A DNA stretch of 64,000 nt, from NCBI RefSeq assembly GCF_018350175.1, contig NC_058368.1, forward strand, positions 145,206,001-145,270,000, in the 5' to 3' direction. Positions within the stretch are counted from its first letter, which is position 1. Every line of letters begins with the position of its first letter. The position numbers and the translations under genes were made by a program. The notes under the pieces are model-generated. The model was not told where the DNA came from. It did not search any database and saw nothing but the letters and a program-made list of their open reading frames with translations. This DNA is from Felis catus (taxonomy: Eukaryota). Shown here piece after piece: positions 13,258 to 26,043 of the stretch.

Positions 13258-14535
13258 CTGCTTTTCTCATAAACACCTCTATTGGATTAATAGAAGATTT
13301 TGCTTAATTCACGTTGTAAAATATATTCGATCAAGTGTGGTTGGCATTACATTACAGGTTTCTGTTTCCATTTCTCTTCTTCCCCTACCCCAGGGCATTT
13401 GGGAAGGGTGAGGGAAAAAAGCAGGTATCTGAGGAGATAAGGGCAGGTGGGGGAGGGGAAGAGATGTAGTGGAAGGGGAAGAACCAAATTTGAATTGGAA
13501 TAGTAATGTAGTGTTCATCAGAAGTGGAGAGGGAGGGATTAGCGTTAGCCATGCTCATGAACGTCAGGAGGTTAAGGTTGGCATGTTGGCCTAGGGGAAC
13601 CCTAATTTGTAGTATTTGCCGATATCCATGGTGTAAATACTTCAGCCAAGGTCAACTTCAGGCTTCCAACCTGACATGTGAACAAGGAGTTGGGAATAGA
13701 TGCACACAATTAGCTTTCAGGAGCCCTTGCCAATGTGAGCCTGTCCGTTTTACAGCAGACAGAAGGAAGAAACTGAGGCTTAAGAGATTAAAAGACTTGA
13801 CTGAGAACATATAAGCATGAATACACTGATACACTAAACAAAGTAAATTTCAGATTATATTTAGTATAAATTCAGTCACATAAAAAGAAATACATCTGTG
13901 TATAAATTAACTGCACATAAATGATAGAAAAATGTCCAGACAGGCTATATACCAAACTATGCATACTGATTTATTTGGGGGAAAGCAATGAAATAGGAAT
14001 GAAGATGACAAATAATTTTTATTTTTAATTCTCTATTTTCTGTATTTTACGTTTTTTTTTAACAGAGCCTGTATTTATGTATTCCTTGTGTAATTTAAAG
14101 TAAAAGTTTTCAAAGAGATATAGGATATGATCAGATTCTAATTATATAGCCTTAACATATATGATTTCAAAAATTTCAAAGGGCTTCAGAGGGGTCTGGC
14201 AAGTGTCACAGAAAGGGAGAGAGAGACATGGGAAAAAAAGACCATCTATTGATGCGGTACCTCTTCTGCCAGGTCGCTCAGCAGTTCTCTTTTCAAATAA
14301 TTTCTCTCTAGTGGCTAAAATTGTAGTATTGAACATAAAATGTCTTATAGTCTCTGGTTAATTGGCAATGCCAGTAGCTTTTTGAGTTAGACTAATATTA
14401 AAATGAACCTTGAATTCCATGTATAAGCCAGGGTTCAGGTCTTAGTTTGTCAATACATACGGAACTACTTAACTCATTTGGCTAAATCTTGGGTCAGCAC
14501 AAAACAAGCTTCAAATTGTTAACCTCTTGTTCTCC

Positions 14536-14580
<45 letters not shown>

Positions 14581-14783
14581 CTTGAGCATATGCAAATGTT
14601 GGGTGGAGGTGCTTTTGGTGACTCGCGCTGTGTAAAGTAGGACAGAAAGGCACTACACCAAGATAATTTTCTCACATGTTCCACAAATTAATGATTAACT
14701 TACCTGACAAATTCTTCTAAGGGTAAGAGTCATCAATACCTTAGCATAAATTAATTTGGATGGGCAGTTGTCTTACTTTTTTC
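13258..14783 (-). pseudogene. Pseudo-exons 14783-14704, 14353-14261 and 13384-13258
   Basis: Donors CAG|gtaagt, GAG|gtaccg, CAG|gtacct; 14353-14261 is open (TIRHFMFNTTILATREKLFEKRTAERPGRR). Confidence 0.5.
14538..14577. repeat. (TG)n microsatellite
   Basis: About 19 perfect units. Confidence 0.97.
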
Positions 14784-15238
14784 CTTAAAATAAAAACTAT
14801 AAGGAATAGGAAAACTAGGGAGGAGGAAAAAGGTTTTTGTGGTTTGGGGCACCAAATTTGGTTGGAGGGGAGGGGTCTCTAAGTGATTTGGTAGAAAAGG
14901 CAGCCTGGATATGAATCTATTCTTTGCCTTTCTTTTTTTCCCTTCCTAGTGCAAATTTCTTAGCCTCTCAGATACCAAATTTCCTGTACCATAAAATAGG
15001 GATTGAATAAATGACAGGATTGTTGTAAAGACATATATGTAAAACATCTGGCATAGAGCCTCTTACATAGTGACTATGCAATAAATAGTAGTTATCATTC
15101 GGACAGCAAGAAAAGATAGCTAAAAAGACTTGGGGGAAATTCTGAATTGCAATACATTTAAATAAGCTTCAGCTCTGCAAATAACTTTTAAGCACCTACA
15201 GTTTAGATTATCAGAGGTCAAAAGCTGGAGCCAGCCAC

Positions 15239-17396
15239 TTTCTGAAAAATGGGGTATTTAGCATAGGCATTCCAGGAGCTGAGAGGTACGGAAAGGGGTG
15301 TGAAAAGAAGCCAAAGGGAAACTATCCCACAGTGACAGAGGGAACCTACAATCCTGTTTCTTAAATGTGTGCTTATGGGCAAGAGGAGATAGAGCGAGGG
15401 TGATGGCTCATCACCATTTCTCTTTAACTGAGAAAACAACCCCAGTGGGCAGCCCAGGGAATCTGGTCCTCAATACCATCTTTCTAGAGCAAAAACATTA
15501 CATGTTGATGTGTACCGTGCCTCACCCGTAAGTAGCAATGATACTACTGATAATAAATTAGATGAGGGAGGACAGTCCTCCTCTGGAACTCTCAATGCAA
15601 ATAGCATTTGCACTGAGAAGAATGGGATGTGTGAAAGGCAAAGCCAACAGACAGGGAGAGAGATTAGTTTCTGCCATCAGTCATCGCTGACAGTGGGCAT
15701 TTTTGAGATTGTTGTGATGGTCAAGGAAAAAGCCTTATAATGGGGAAAATGAATCTTTTGGAAAGATGTGAGGTTGCTTAATCTGGAAGACAGAGGAGGG
15801 CTTTGAAGGAGGAGATAAGACTGGAGTGAGGGGAGAGAAAGATTACTCACAGAGGATTTTGAACTGACTGAAGCAAAGAGAGGAAGGAAAATGAGTTGGC
15901 AATAGTGAAGGTGCAACTTGACACTGGTGATGATGACAATGATTTCCAAGATTATAAAGAGTATAACGTTAAACTACCCTCATAACTTATAAATTACTTT
16001 CATTTTCGTCCTTTCACTTTTTTTCCCTGTAATACTCTGGGGGTACATAGGGATGGTAAACAAATCATTAGAACTCAACAACCCAATTCATTCAAAAAGT
16101 GTCAGTATTAGAACCAGGGGAGGAGAGAGGATGCCAAATACCAATTTTCCAAACTCTTTCAGATTATCACAACTTTAAATGTACTTAAATATCTGAGGAA
16201 CAAAGATTTTGCTATTAAAAAGTACAGTTAACCGTATTATTTTTGTAGGACTATGAATTATCCATCACAGAAAGTGTCTCTTAATATTCGTCACCTAGAG
16301 GCTCCACATTCCAGGTTGCAGTGGTGACAATGCAACCCACTCAACAATGTTCAACCAATGTAGGTAACTGGATTGTCCCTGTACACTGGCCGTTTCCCCC
16401 TCTCTACTTAACATTACTGTAAAATACTTGAAAATCTAAATTAAAATAGTTGCTGTAAAAGCACATAAAGGATTAAAATGAAAATGGCAAGGACAACTGC
16501 TAGAAAAAGCATTGTAGAGTCGGCAAATATTACATTTAACTTCACATTAATTCTCTGAAGGAATTTAACACAATTTCTCCCATTCTAACTCAAAAATTAA
16601 TTTCTGTATATTGTCCTTGAGGTTTGGATTGGGAATGAAAAGGAGAAAACTGTTGAAAGTGTGAAGATTTTATATGAATTAATCAACCAAGAGTTCAGAC
16701 ACTGGGGACTGAAGATTAAACTTTATAGTTTAGAAACCCAAGGACAGTACTTTTTCTTATGAGTGTACCTCACATCAAAAAAATCTCTGCTGATATAAAC
16801 GTCTCATTTACCACATTCAAGTAAAGAGGTAATCTTTATGACATCGCAATGAGAAGGTGCAAAGAGGTTAAACAATTTATAAAAAAGTCAAGGAGGAGTC
16901 AAAATTAGAAAAAGATGGCCTCAGCCCTGGCATTATCTGTATTCTAGATGCAAAGATAATTTTGTTTCTCTATCCATTCATGTTAAAGCCTATGGTGGAT
17001 GAGATATTTCAGTCTTAAAGACTCAGAGAAACTAAGTTTAAATTGTCCATGGAGTATTGGTTTTAAGAAAGAAACTTTGAAGGCCGTAATCACTGCTGTG
17101 TTCTAATAGTAATGGTGGTTCCAGAGACCTACGACCATCTCTGTCCACTTCAGACAGCCTGTTGAAGCTGTTAGTCACTGCTTGAAAGAATTCAGTCTTC
17201 TAGATAATATACAAGTGCAAAGTTTTCATATAGGTGCATCTGCCCTGGTCTTTCTCAGGGCTAGTCAGAAGTATTCTATGGAACTAACATATGGATTAGC
17301 CTACACATATACCTCACTGTGTGGTAAAGAGCTAACTTTGTAAGGATTGCCTATTCCAGATTTCACAGAGTATCTGAGCCTTTTCCAGAGCAAAAA
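15239..17396 (-). pseudogene. Cluster of pseudo-exons (17396-17313, 17199 to about 17038, 16416-16295, 16192-16142, 15951-15851, 15733-15526, 15427-15239)
   Basis: Acceptors tttcttttttag, tattatctag, gtattttacag, tttgttcctcag, ttgttttctcag; donors GAG|gtatat, TCT|gtgagt, CGG|gtgagg. Open segments include KTEFFQAVTNSFNRLSEVDRDGRRSLEPPLLLEHSSDYGLQSFFLK and LKRNGDEPSPSLYLLLPISTHLRNRIVGSLCHCGIVSLWLLFTPLSVPLSSWNAYAKYPIFQK. Confidence 0.6.
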
Positions 17397-18040
17397 CTAA
17401 AAAAGAAATGGGTGAGCAAATGAAACTATAAGATCTACCAAACTTGATCATTTTCAAGCACCAGTCAACTTATAAACAGTCCAGAATACCACATGGTATG
17501 ATAGGGGTTGGGTTCCATGTCCTGTACAGTGACCAAACTTTTCATTTCTGTCATACAAAATTAAGTTGGTGGATCAGACATAAAAGATATGCCAGGGGTA
17601 ATTCATTCTGTGCTAGACTGTAAGGTCCTTGAGTACATGGTGATTTTTTTTTTCCTGTACACTTCTCTAAGACTCCCATATTGCTAGTTCTGTGGTAGAT
17701 ACTCTTATTATGTATTCAATCAACAATTATTAGACACCTCCTATGTGGTTAACCAGGTTGAAAAAAAGAAATAGAAGATGTATTCTTTGCTAAAGACTTA
17801 ACAGTGAAATCAGGCTTACAAGAAATAGCTGAAAATATGTGCAAACATAATGTTATACAAGGAAACTATGCATGAAGTATTAAGAGAGGGTCAGCATGAC
17901 TATAGGACTGGAAAGCTTAAAACGAAGTAGCTTTCTCTGCTTTTTGGAGCTTTCCAAATGTTTTATTCCTTCATCCTTTCTATACATGGAAAACCCCAAA
18001 TAAAATAGAACTTGTTCACACTCAGAGATACTGAGAATTT

Positions 18041-18262
18041 AGGGTGCCTTGCTGGCTCAACTGGTTAAGCGTCTGACTCTTGCTTTTGGCTCAGGTCATA
18101 ATCTCATGAGTGTGAGATCAAGCCCTGCGTTGGGCTCTGCCCTGGGCATAGAACCTGGTTAAGATTCTCTTTCTCTTCATCTGTCCCACCCTGCTAGCTC
18201 TCTCTTTGTCTCTCTCTCTCTCTAAAAAAAAAATGATTTAAAATAAAATCTATTTAAAAAAA
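18041..18262 (+). mobile_element. Can-SINE (older subfamily)
   Basis: TSD AGATACTGAGAATTT at 18026-18040 and 18263-18277. Confidence 0.93.
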
Positions 18263-18284
18263 AGATACTGAGAATTTTCCACTG

Positions 18285-18850
18285 CTGCGAAGCTGGAGTA
18301 GATGTAGTTTTCCCTATTCCTCCAACTAAATACAGTTGAAAACACTGGATATTATATATAAAAATAAGAAGACTCTAAAAGACAGAGAGAATGTAGACTT
18401 GATAGGGACTTCAGGATATGAGGAACAATGTGGTGAGTGCCCTGGGTTTCTTATGCACATGTATCCTAGGCTTGTAACTGAAGAAGCCAGCAACCCCCAA
18501 ACACTAATGAGCACAGATGAAGAGAGCTCCACAAAAAGCCTACTCTCTGTAGCCAAAGGACAAGGAAAGGGGCAGCCAGGAAAGCAAAACTTTTACACAA
18601 TAACTGTTCTACTCTCGCCAAACACGGAAGAAAAAACTGTAGCCTACCTATACCCACACCAACAACAGCCAAAGCAGTGTTAAAGAAGGCAAAATACGGA
18701 GTCAGGATATTCATTAGTGCTGGACCTTACTGTGAAAATAGAATAAGATGTTCCCGTATATGCTGTGTAAGAGATACACAAAATCTCTCTGTATTATTTT
18801 GTACTGCTGCATATGAAGCTACAATTATCTCAAAATAAAAAGTTTAAAAA
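18285..18850 (+). mobile_element. Ancient L1M remnant: 5'-end-like sequence joined to an L1MC/MD-like 3' end
   Basis: 3' end tctctctgtattatttt...gcatatgaagctacaattatctcaaaataaaaagttt; 5' part ggagtagatgta...ttccctattcctcc...aaaacactgga. Confidence 0.55.
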
Positions 18851-18947
18851 ATTAAAGGAGTTGAGGCATTTTTGACACTTGAGTTGTCTATACTGGGAGA
18901 AAGAATTTCATTCCTTGGACAATCCAAAATAGTAATTTAAACATTGA

Positions 18948-19073
18948 GGGGAGGCACCTGGGTGATTCAGTCAGCTGAGTGTCTAGCTCTTGATTTTGGC
19001 TCAGGTCATGATCCCAGAATCCTAGGATTGAGCCCCATGTCGGGCTCCATGCTCAGCATGGAGCCTGCTTAAG

Positions 19074-19123
<50 letters not shown>

Positions 19124-19187
19124 GTTCCTTCCCCCTCTTGCATGCTCTCTCTTGAAAAATTAAATTAAATTAAATTAAAATAAAAGT
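18948..19187 (+). mobile_element. Can-SINE
   Basis: ggcacctgggtgattcagtcag...ctcaggtcatgatccca...(CT)n...(AAATT)n tail. Confidence 0.9.
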
Positions 19188-19195
19188 TAAGAGTA

Positions 19196-19653
19196 TGTAT
19201 TGGTTTTCTGTGGTCACTCTAACAAGTTACCACAAACAGGCTAACTCAAAGCAGCATCGATATATGCTCTCACAATTTTGGAGGCCAGAAAGCCAAAATC
19301 AGTATCACTGGGTGGAAATCAGGGTGTCAGCAGTTTCTGGTGGCTGCTGGCTTTCCTTGGCTTGTGGCCACACCACTCCAATCTTCAGATCTCTGCTTTG
19401 CCTTCATGTTACCTTCTTCTCTGTGTGTATGTTTATTCCCCCTCTGTCTCTCTCCTGTAAAGCCACTATGTGTGATAGCATTTAGGCCCCACTGAGTAAT
19501 CCTGAATAATCTCTCCTTCTCAAATTCCTTAAGGTTATCGCACATTCAAGATCCTCTCCAAATGAGGTTACATTAACAGTCTAGAAATTAGGGCCAGATA
19601 TCTTATTATCAGGTATCTTATTATCAGAATACAACATTATTCTGCCTACCACA
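19196..19653 (-). mobile_element. MLT1 (MaLR) solo LTR, MLT1D/E-like
   Basis: tgtattggttttct...taacaagttaccacaaac...ctcacaattttggaggccaga...attctgcctaccaca. Confidence 0.85.
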
Positions 19654-19754
19654 GTGTGCTAAGCAACCCCCATTGTGTAAACATAGTGTAATATACTCAA
19701 TCTACAATTTACAGAACACTCTCAGGGTGTTCTGTTTTTCTTTAGTATAAATGT

Positions 19755-20195
19755 TAACAAATATTTTTCGAGCATCTGGTATGTGTGTGTCAACTTCTTT
19801 TCTAGGCACTAGGGATAAAGCACTGAACAAAACAGGCAAAAATATCTCCCTCAGGGAGATTATATTCTAGTGGGTAAGGAGGGACATGGGCAATGAATGA
19901 ATGAGTAAAATGTATAGAATGTTAGTTTATAAGTGCCACGGAGAAAAATAAAGCCAGGAAGGATGATAGAAAGTACCGAGGAGACACGTGTTGCGATTTT
20001 AAATAGGATGTCTGTGTCCAGGGCAGATCGTTGACATCTGAGTAAAGACCTGACTGGGACGGAAGGTCAAGCAAGCCCTATTTATTTATCTAGAATTGCA
20101 GTGTGGTCAGAACAGCAGTGCAAAGGCCTGAAGAACAGTGAGCAGTCAGGGTGGCTAGCATGGAGTGAGAGGGAGGATGATAGGGGTTGAGATAG
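19755..20195 (-). mobile_element. L2 fragment
   Basis: caaatattt..gagca..tatgtg..ctaggcactagggata..gaacaaaacaggcaaaaa..tatattctagtggg. Confidence 0.75.
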
Positions 20196-20458
20196 AGTTC
20201 TTGAAACTCTTCTCTACTTAATGTTAGGTGGGGTTAAAACAAGGATTATCAATTTGTGAATGTTACCAGAGTATTTGAGGAGCGCAGCTTCAAAACACAG
20301 GGATAGTGATTGGGGAAGACGATGAAAAGGGATCTAATATATAATTCTGTGAGCCCATCCTTTCCATGGTGTTTGACGCCAATAAGTAAACAACAGTGTG
20401 AGTTATTTTGAAATTACTTTGAACTATGAATTTATTTTGAGTTTATGAACTATATATT

Positions 20459-20683
20459 AAAAACTTTTTTTAATGTTTATTTTTGAGAGAGAGACAGAAA
20501 GAAAGAGAGAGAGACAGAACATGAGCAGGGGAGGGGCAGAGAGAGAGAGGGAGACAGAATTCAAAGACTCCAGGCTCTGAGTTGTCAGCAAAGAGCCTGA
20601 TGCAGGGCTCAAACTCACGAACCTCAAGATCATGACCCAAGCCAAAGTCAGAGGCTTAACTGACTGAGGCACCCAGGCGCACC
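20459..20683 (-). mobile_element. Can-SINE (felid type)
   Basis: TSD TGAACTATAT at 20446-20455 and 20684-20693. Confidence 0.93.
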
Positions 20684-20809
20684 TGAACTATATGTTTTAA
20701 AAATCCTGAGATTTAGGACCTGAGATTCATGGGTCATAGCCTTTTTTTTCAGAATAGATTCCTACAAGCAAAATTGCTGGGCCAAAAGGAACCCTTTAAA
20801 TTTTGATAC

Positions 20810-20937
20810 CTGGGCGGGGGTGGTGGTGAGGGGGTGCTGGGTGGCTCAGTCATTTGGGCTCAGGTTATGATCTCATATTTGTGAGTTCAAGCCCTCAATT
20901 GGGTCTTCTGTCTCCCTCTCTCTGTCCCTCCGATGTG

Positions 20938-20978
<41 letters not shown>

Positions 20979-21011
20979 AAAAATAAATAAATATTATAAA
21001 AAATAATAAAA
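20810..21011 (+). mobile_element. Internally deleted Can-SINE with a G-rich 5' extension, inside an old L1M fragment
   Basis: TSD TAAATTTTGATAC at 20797-20809 and 21012-21024. Confidence 0.85.
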
Positions 21012-21370
21012 TAAATTTTGATACACAATATCAGATGTCTCCCCTCCCCACAGAACAGTTATGTCAATATATACCCCAAACCACTTTTTACCCACAAGCT
21101 CACCATGCTGAGTATTGGCACTCTTAATCTTTGACAATATGATATGGGAAGAATGATTTCTCAACAGTATTTGGAAAATATTCATCTTGGAAATGGGAGG
21201 GTAAATGTCTTTTCCTATGTTTTTTGGCCACTTGTATTTCCTTTTTAGTGAATTCTCTTTGCCCTGTTTTCTATTGGAATACTCATCTTTCCTTAGTGGC
21301 TTGATAGAACCATGTGTATTTTCAGGATATTTTGCTCTTGCCCTTCAAACACTACAGGTAGGTTTCCCAC

Positions 21371-21890
21371 TGTATTGTCAGGGGTTCTGGAGGGTGTGCA
21401 ACAGAAGGTAACTAGCTTATTCTGGCAGAAAATGAATGTTTTGAGAGGATATTTGGTAGATCACAGAACCACTGGAAAACCTAGGAAAGTGGATTCTGAA
21501 AATAGAGCAGCACCAAGGGAGGCAGGGTGAACTGTGGCCCAAACCACACTTAGGAACTGCCTGGTAAGGACCCTGCTGACACTGACACTAGGCACTGAAA
21601 GCCACTCTGAGCACCTCTGCCCTCACTGGCCCTGGAGACTTGCAGCTACTACCACCAAAATGGATTGTCCTGTGTCTCTGATTCAGAGTCCTGGGCCAGT
21701 GTCTGGTTGCCAGACTTTTGTCACAGCCAGCATCCTAGTTGCCTAGGAGTTGAAAGGTCGACTATGGGGGCTTTTCGTCTCCTGCAGTGGTAAGGAGGTC
21801 CTGGTTAATCTAGAGTCATACAGTGGACAGTTCTGCTAACATAGGAAGGGGAAGTCAGAGGCCAGGCAGAGAGAGGGGGCAGGGTAGAGA
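21371..21890 (-). mobile_element. Old MaLR/ERVL LTR (MLT1-like)
   Basis: tgtattgtcaggggttct...tgcaacagaa...gtagatcacagaa pattern. Confidence 0.45.
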
Positions 21891-22042
21891 GGCCCTTATA
21901 ACTAGCTTATTGTTTAACTTTTTTTTTTTTTTTTTGTAGTGCTCTTAGCTTTACAGAGAATTTAATTTTTTGGTGAGTATAATTTTCTAAAAATATCTTC
22001 TTTTATGATTTCCAATCTTAACAACTCTGCCATGACCTTTAC

Positions 22043-22625
22043 CTTCTCTACCTTCCTGCAACCTCCCTGCTGAATGAACTAGGCCTGCATTTTTTCTTTT
22101 TAAGGACTTTCCGTGCCTTTACCAAGGGTTTTACAGACTATCCTTTGAGTTTTTAGGCAGCTTCTGATGTCCCAGATCTTCCTCTCATGTCAGAGATGTG
22201 CTTGACCCTGAGACATGTGTGGTTCTGCTCTGGAGGCTAATTATCTTAGGTGGTGACCCTTTCACCTTCTAGGTTGGGAATCTATTACCTCTCAAAATGT
22301 TTAACATTCTGCCTTTTAGACAGGGGAATTTTGTGACCTGTTCATCAAATATGTGCTTTCATGACTCAGGAGTCCCCTAACTCTCCTACTGCTTTCGGTA
22401 TATTTTATTGCTCAGTTAGTTTCAATTGGCCTAGCAAAACGTTGTGGGATACTTGACATTTTGATATCTTAGGTATTAAATTGAAAAGCATCTAGTGGAT
22501 CATTTTCATATGGTAATCCTAAATTCCCCTTTCCTACTCAGAGGAATATGGTACAGTCTTCAGTTCATCTTGAATATTTTTTTTATTGATCTTTTGAGGG
22601 GCTTAGTCATCTTTACTCTTCTTGT
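22043..22625 (-). pseudogene. Possible large pseudo-exon (TRRVKMTKPLKRSIKKIFKMN*...)
   Basis: Branch CTAAC plus tttgtag|A acceptor, donor AAG|gtaaag; several stops, so frame support is weak. Confidence 0.35.
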
Positions 22626-23267
22626 CTACAAAGTTAGAAACCTGTCCACACCTGTTGGACAGACCAATAACCTTAACATGTGCTAGTACAGAGAAGTTTT
22701 TAGGGGATTCTCACCTCATTCCGTATATCTTAAGAAAGCTCAAATGCTGGCTCTTTATAAGGCCCTCTCCAGACTCAGCTGTGGAAGGAGGGAGAAGAAT
22801 TAGCAGGTGTGCAAATGATGTGGCCACTTTCTTTCACAGCACTCCCTGCAAAAACTACCCTAGTGTGGCACATCAGGCACAGAGATTGGCCCTTTAGTCA
22901 GATCTATGCCTGGAGGAGCTTCAGCCCCAGATGTGAGACATCCAATGTAGATAAGCAGAGGCTTGGAGACCAAAGTCCCAGTGGATGATGGAGAGAACCC
23001 TGCCAGAAAGGTGGCATCTCAGATGTTTGGAGATAGACTTGAGGTAGAATCCCAAGCAGGGATCTAGGGCAGAGAGGCCTAAAATCGGGTAGAAGGAGCA
23101 AAGTTACTGGCTTAGGGCTCAGGGGCAGGGCTTTAGCCCCCAGCGGTTTGTGGTGAGGACCTAAGACCCCAGGTGGCTCATCACCACAACCCTTAGGCAG
23201 ATAGAACAAACTGGAGACTTGGTCTTTGTAATGGAATAAAAAGGAAGCTTGTTAAGGAGGAAGTGAT

Positions 23268-23475
23268 TGAGTGGTGGGGCTGTACAGCCAGCCTGCCTGG
23301 GTTCAAAGTTCCATTCTGTCACTTACTACCTGTATGACCTTGGTCAAGTTACTTATGCCTACCTCATAGGGTGTTTGTGCGAAGCAAATGAACTGATATA
23401 TGTAAAGTGCTGAGAACAGGGCTAGCACAGACTAAGTGTTAAAAAAAAGTTAATTATTGTTATTATTATTATTAG
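23268..23475 (+). mobile_element. MIR SINE (core partly deleted)
   Basis: gcctgggttcaaa...cacttactacctgtatgaccttggtcaagttact...tgtaaagtgctgagaacag. Confidence 0.8.
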
Positions 23476-24029
23476 AAGTGGCACAAATAAACAAATCAAT
23501 CACAAATCAACAGGGTGGTCCTGATGTCAAATCATCAAAGTTATCCTTATTCTTCACCTCCCTCTGAGTAAGGACAAGATTGGTCACAGATCTGGGGTAA
23601 GGCTACGGTTCCAGATGGGGGTCTTGGTGTGGAAAAGAGCAGTAGAGGGAAGGAACTAGGCAAATTCTTGCAAGTACAGTTGGGAGAATGACTTTTTTTG
23701 GAGGATGGGGTGCGGGGGTGGGGGTGGGGCAAATTCTGACACATGGTCATTGTGTCCTGTAACCAGTCTAGAATCTCTGGGCTCCCTAGGACCCATACTA
23801 GAAATGTGAATAGTGAGAGATGAGTCTGAAAGGCTCTCTGGTATAGGCTGATTCCTCTAAACCTCCAGGTTGTACAGTGGCTACAAGAGAGGTCATGCAC
23901 CTCTGGCCTTTATGCTGGCTCTATTCTGGAACTTAGAACATTAAAATACAGACCCTATTTCACAAGTCATGCCTTCATGGTTCTGTTCCTCACACATGCA
24001 GACAAAACAGGACTTTAAAAAGAGTTTAT

Positions 24030-24197
24030 GGGGTGCCTGGGTGGCTCAGTTGGTTAAGCTGCTGACTTTGGCTCAGGTCGTGATCTCGCAGTTCGTGGAT
24101 TTGAGCCCTGTGTCATGCTCTGTGCTGACAGCTCAAAGCCTGGAGCCTGCTTCAGATTCTGTGTCTCCCTCTCTCTCTGCCCCTCTTCCCTGCTCAT

Positions 24198-24253
<56 letters not shown>

Positions 24254-24304
24254 TCTCTCTCTTTCTCTCTCTGTCTCTCAAAAATAAACGTTAGAAAAAA
24301 TTTT
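24030..24304 (+). mobile_element. Can-SINE (felid type)
   Basis: ggggtgcctgggtggctcagttggttaagc; TSD AAAGAGTTTAT at 24019-24029 and 24305-24315. Confidence 0.95.
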
Positions 24305-24319
24305 AAAGAGTTTATTTAC

Positions 24320-24575
24320 AATAATAATAATGACTACCATTGTTGGAGAGTTTAATCATGTGCCAAGGCTCCGTGTATATACCTGTGTGCCACATAGTGA
24401 GTGCCTCATTCAGTCCTCATAACAACTCTGTGGAGGCACATCTTATTATCGTTTCTATTTTACAGATGAGGAAACAGGCTCCAGAGCATCCAGTAACTTT
24501 CTAAAATCAAATAGCCAGCAAATGGTAGAGTCAGAATTCCAGTTCAAGTAGCTCTGTGTTCGAGCCTGAGATTTT
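24320..24575 (-). mobile_element. MIR SINE
   Basis: tcctcataacaactct...attttacagatgaggaaacaggct. Confidence 0.8.
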
Positions 24576-24688
24576 AATGTGAAGAGACAAAGAATGCTTT
24601 GGAGTTTCTATCTGGAAGGAAATACAGCATTTTTGACAGAAGTGAAATATGTGCTGTTTGCTCCCTTCCTTGGTGAGCTGACACCAAC

Positions 24689-25857
24689 CTGAAACATTTG
24701 CTCCCCTCCCTGGGCGGCATCTATTTTGTTTCTCCAAGGACACAGATTCACTCTGTGGAGACTGTGCCAGAGGCCAAAGTTCCTTATAGCTTCTGAGACC
24801 ACAAAACCCTTTTCAACAAGATCCCTCAGGCCCAGGCCCTAAAAACCGTGTAATAAATTTACCATCAAAATAATCTCACTTGGCCCCTCTGAGACCATTA
24901 TGCTACAAACAAAGGTAACGTGATATTCCAATAAATATTTCTCCTGTGAAGTCATTAGGGTTTTTATCCCCCCCTACACAAAACTGTATTTTTCAAATTT
25001 AATATAATTTCATAGTTCCCCTAAATCATTCATGGGTATATATACAACATTCAACAGTTCCACATCCTGTCATTTGAATAAGAATGATTATTAAAGTTTA
25101 GTCTGAGACTAAAATGCAAAAGCATTTTACTGTTTTTATTATTAAAAATGCAATAATGAAATATTTTAAAATGTTATAGCAATTATCTTTTCATTGCGCA
25201 AACCTGTGTTGTCAACTATGTCACATTAAAATGTTAAATCACTATTTTAATATCAAATTACAGAAAGATAGAAAATGCTAAAATTTGTCTTCTGTGCAGT
25301 GTATTTTCTCAGCATTTTAGTACATGTGATCTGTCATGGTTGAGAGGTGCTGCATTATACAGGAAACACCACAGATTTTGAAGGTCCCAGAGTTGAAATA
25401 ATGACAAGTTCTAGGAAATATGTACGTCTTCATCACTTTAAAAAGTTGGGATAATTAGCTATTTTTCTGGATTCCTAAACCCACGCCTGCAGGACATCAC
25501 TGGAAAGTGAGCAAATCCTGAACATCTGGGCTTACAAAAATGAAATGAATCACAGAAGCCATTCTGTACATTGTATGTTTTGGGCGTCAATGTTGTGGTC
25601 TCCCCTAGACCTGCTGGGCCACCTGCATTGGGTTCTCACTGGCATAGGTAACAGTAGAACAGTAGGGCAGCTCTTGTTGCTCTGGAATGAGTGTTAATGA
25701 GGAAGAAGCATGGGGATGAGGGGTACTGTATTCAGACACTTGCCTTTCAATGAATCCAACTTGATTCTCACAATATTATCTATAAAACTGAACTATATGT
25801 TTCATCACACTGGATGTAATCATTACATGGAGGACTTTGACCTTGGACTTTGTCCCA
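24689..25857 (-). pseudogene. Cluster of pseudo-exons (25857-25744, 25530-25426, 25330-25262, 25108-25046, 24973/24943-24689)
   Basis: 25857-25744 has acceptor tttttaacaatatag and GC donor AAG|gcaagt (GTKSKVKVLHVMITSSVMKHIVQFYR*YCENQVGFIE). 24943-24689 is 85 codons with one stop, ending CAG|gttggt. Confidence 0.6.
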
Positions 25858-26043
25858 CTATATTGTTAAAAAACAAAAAATATGTATATTTTTAATAGAT
25901 TTCATGAGGAGCTAATTGTGCATAGCTTTGATTGCTTATGGGGAACTATCAGATGAGGTCCACACTGGGTCAGCAATTTACATTTATGCTCTTTGAATCA
26001 CAAGGTCTTATAATCTATGCAGTTTTTTTTTTTAATGAGCTTA

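Noticed and set aside
17112..17343. 76-codon open frame on the plus strand
   Set aside because: Weak splice signals, and it is antisense to two better-supported minus-strand pseudo-exons.
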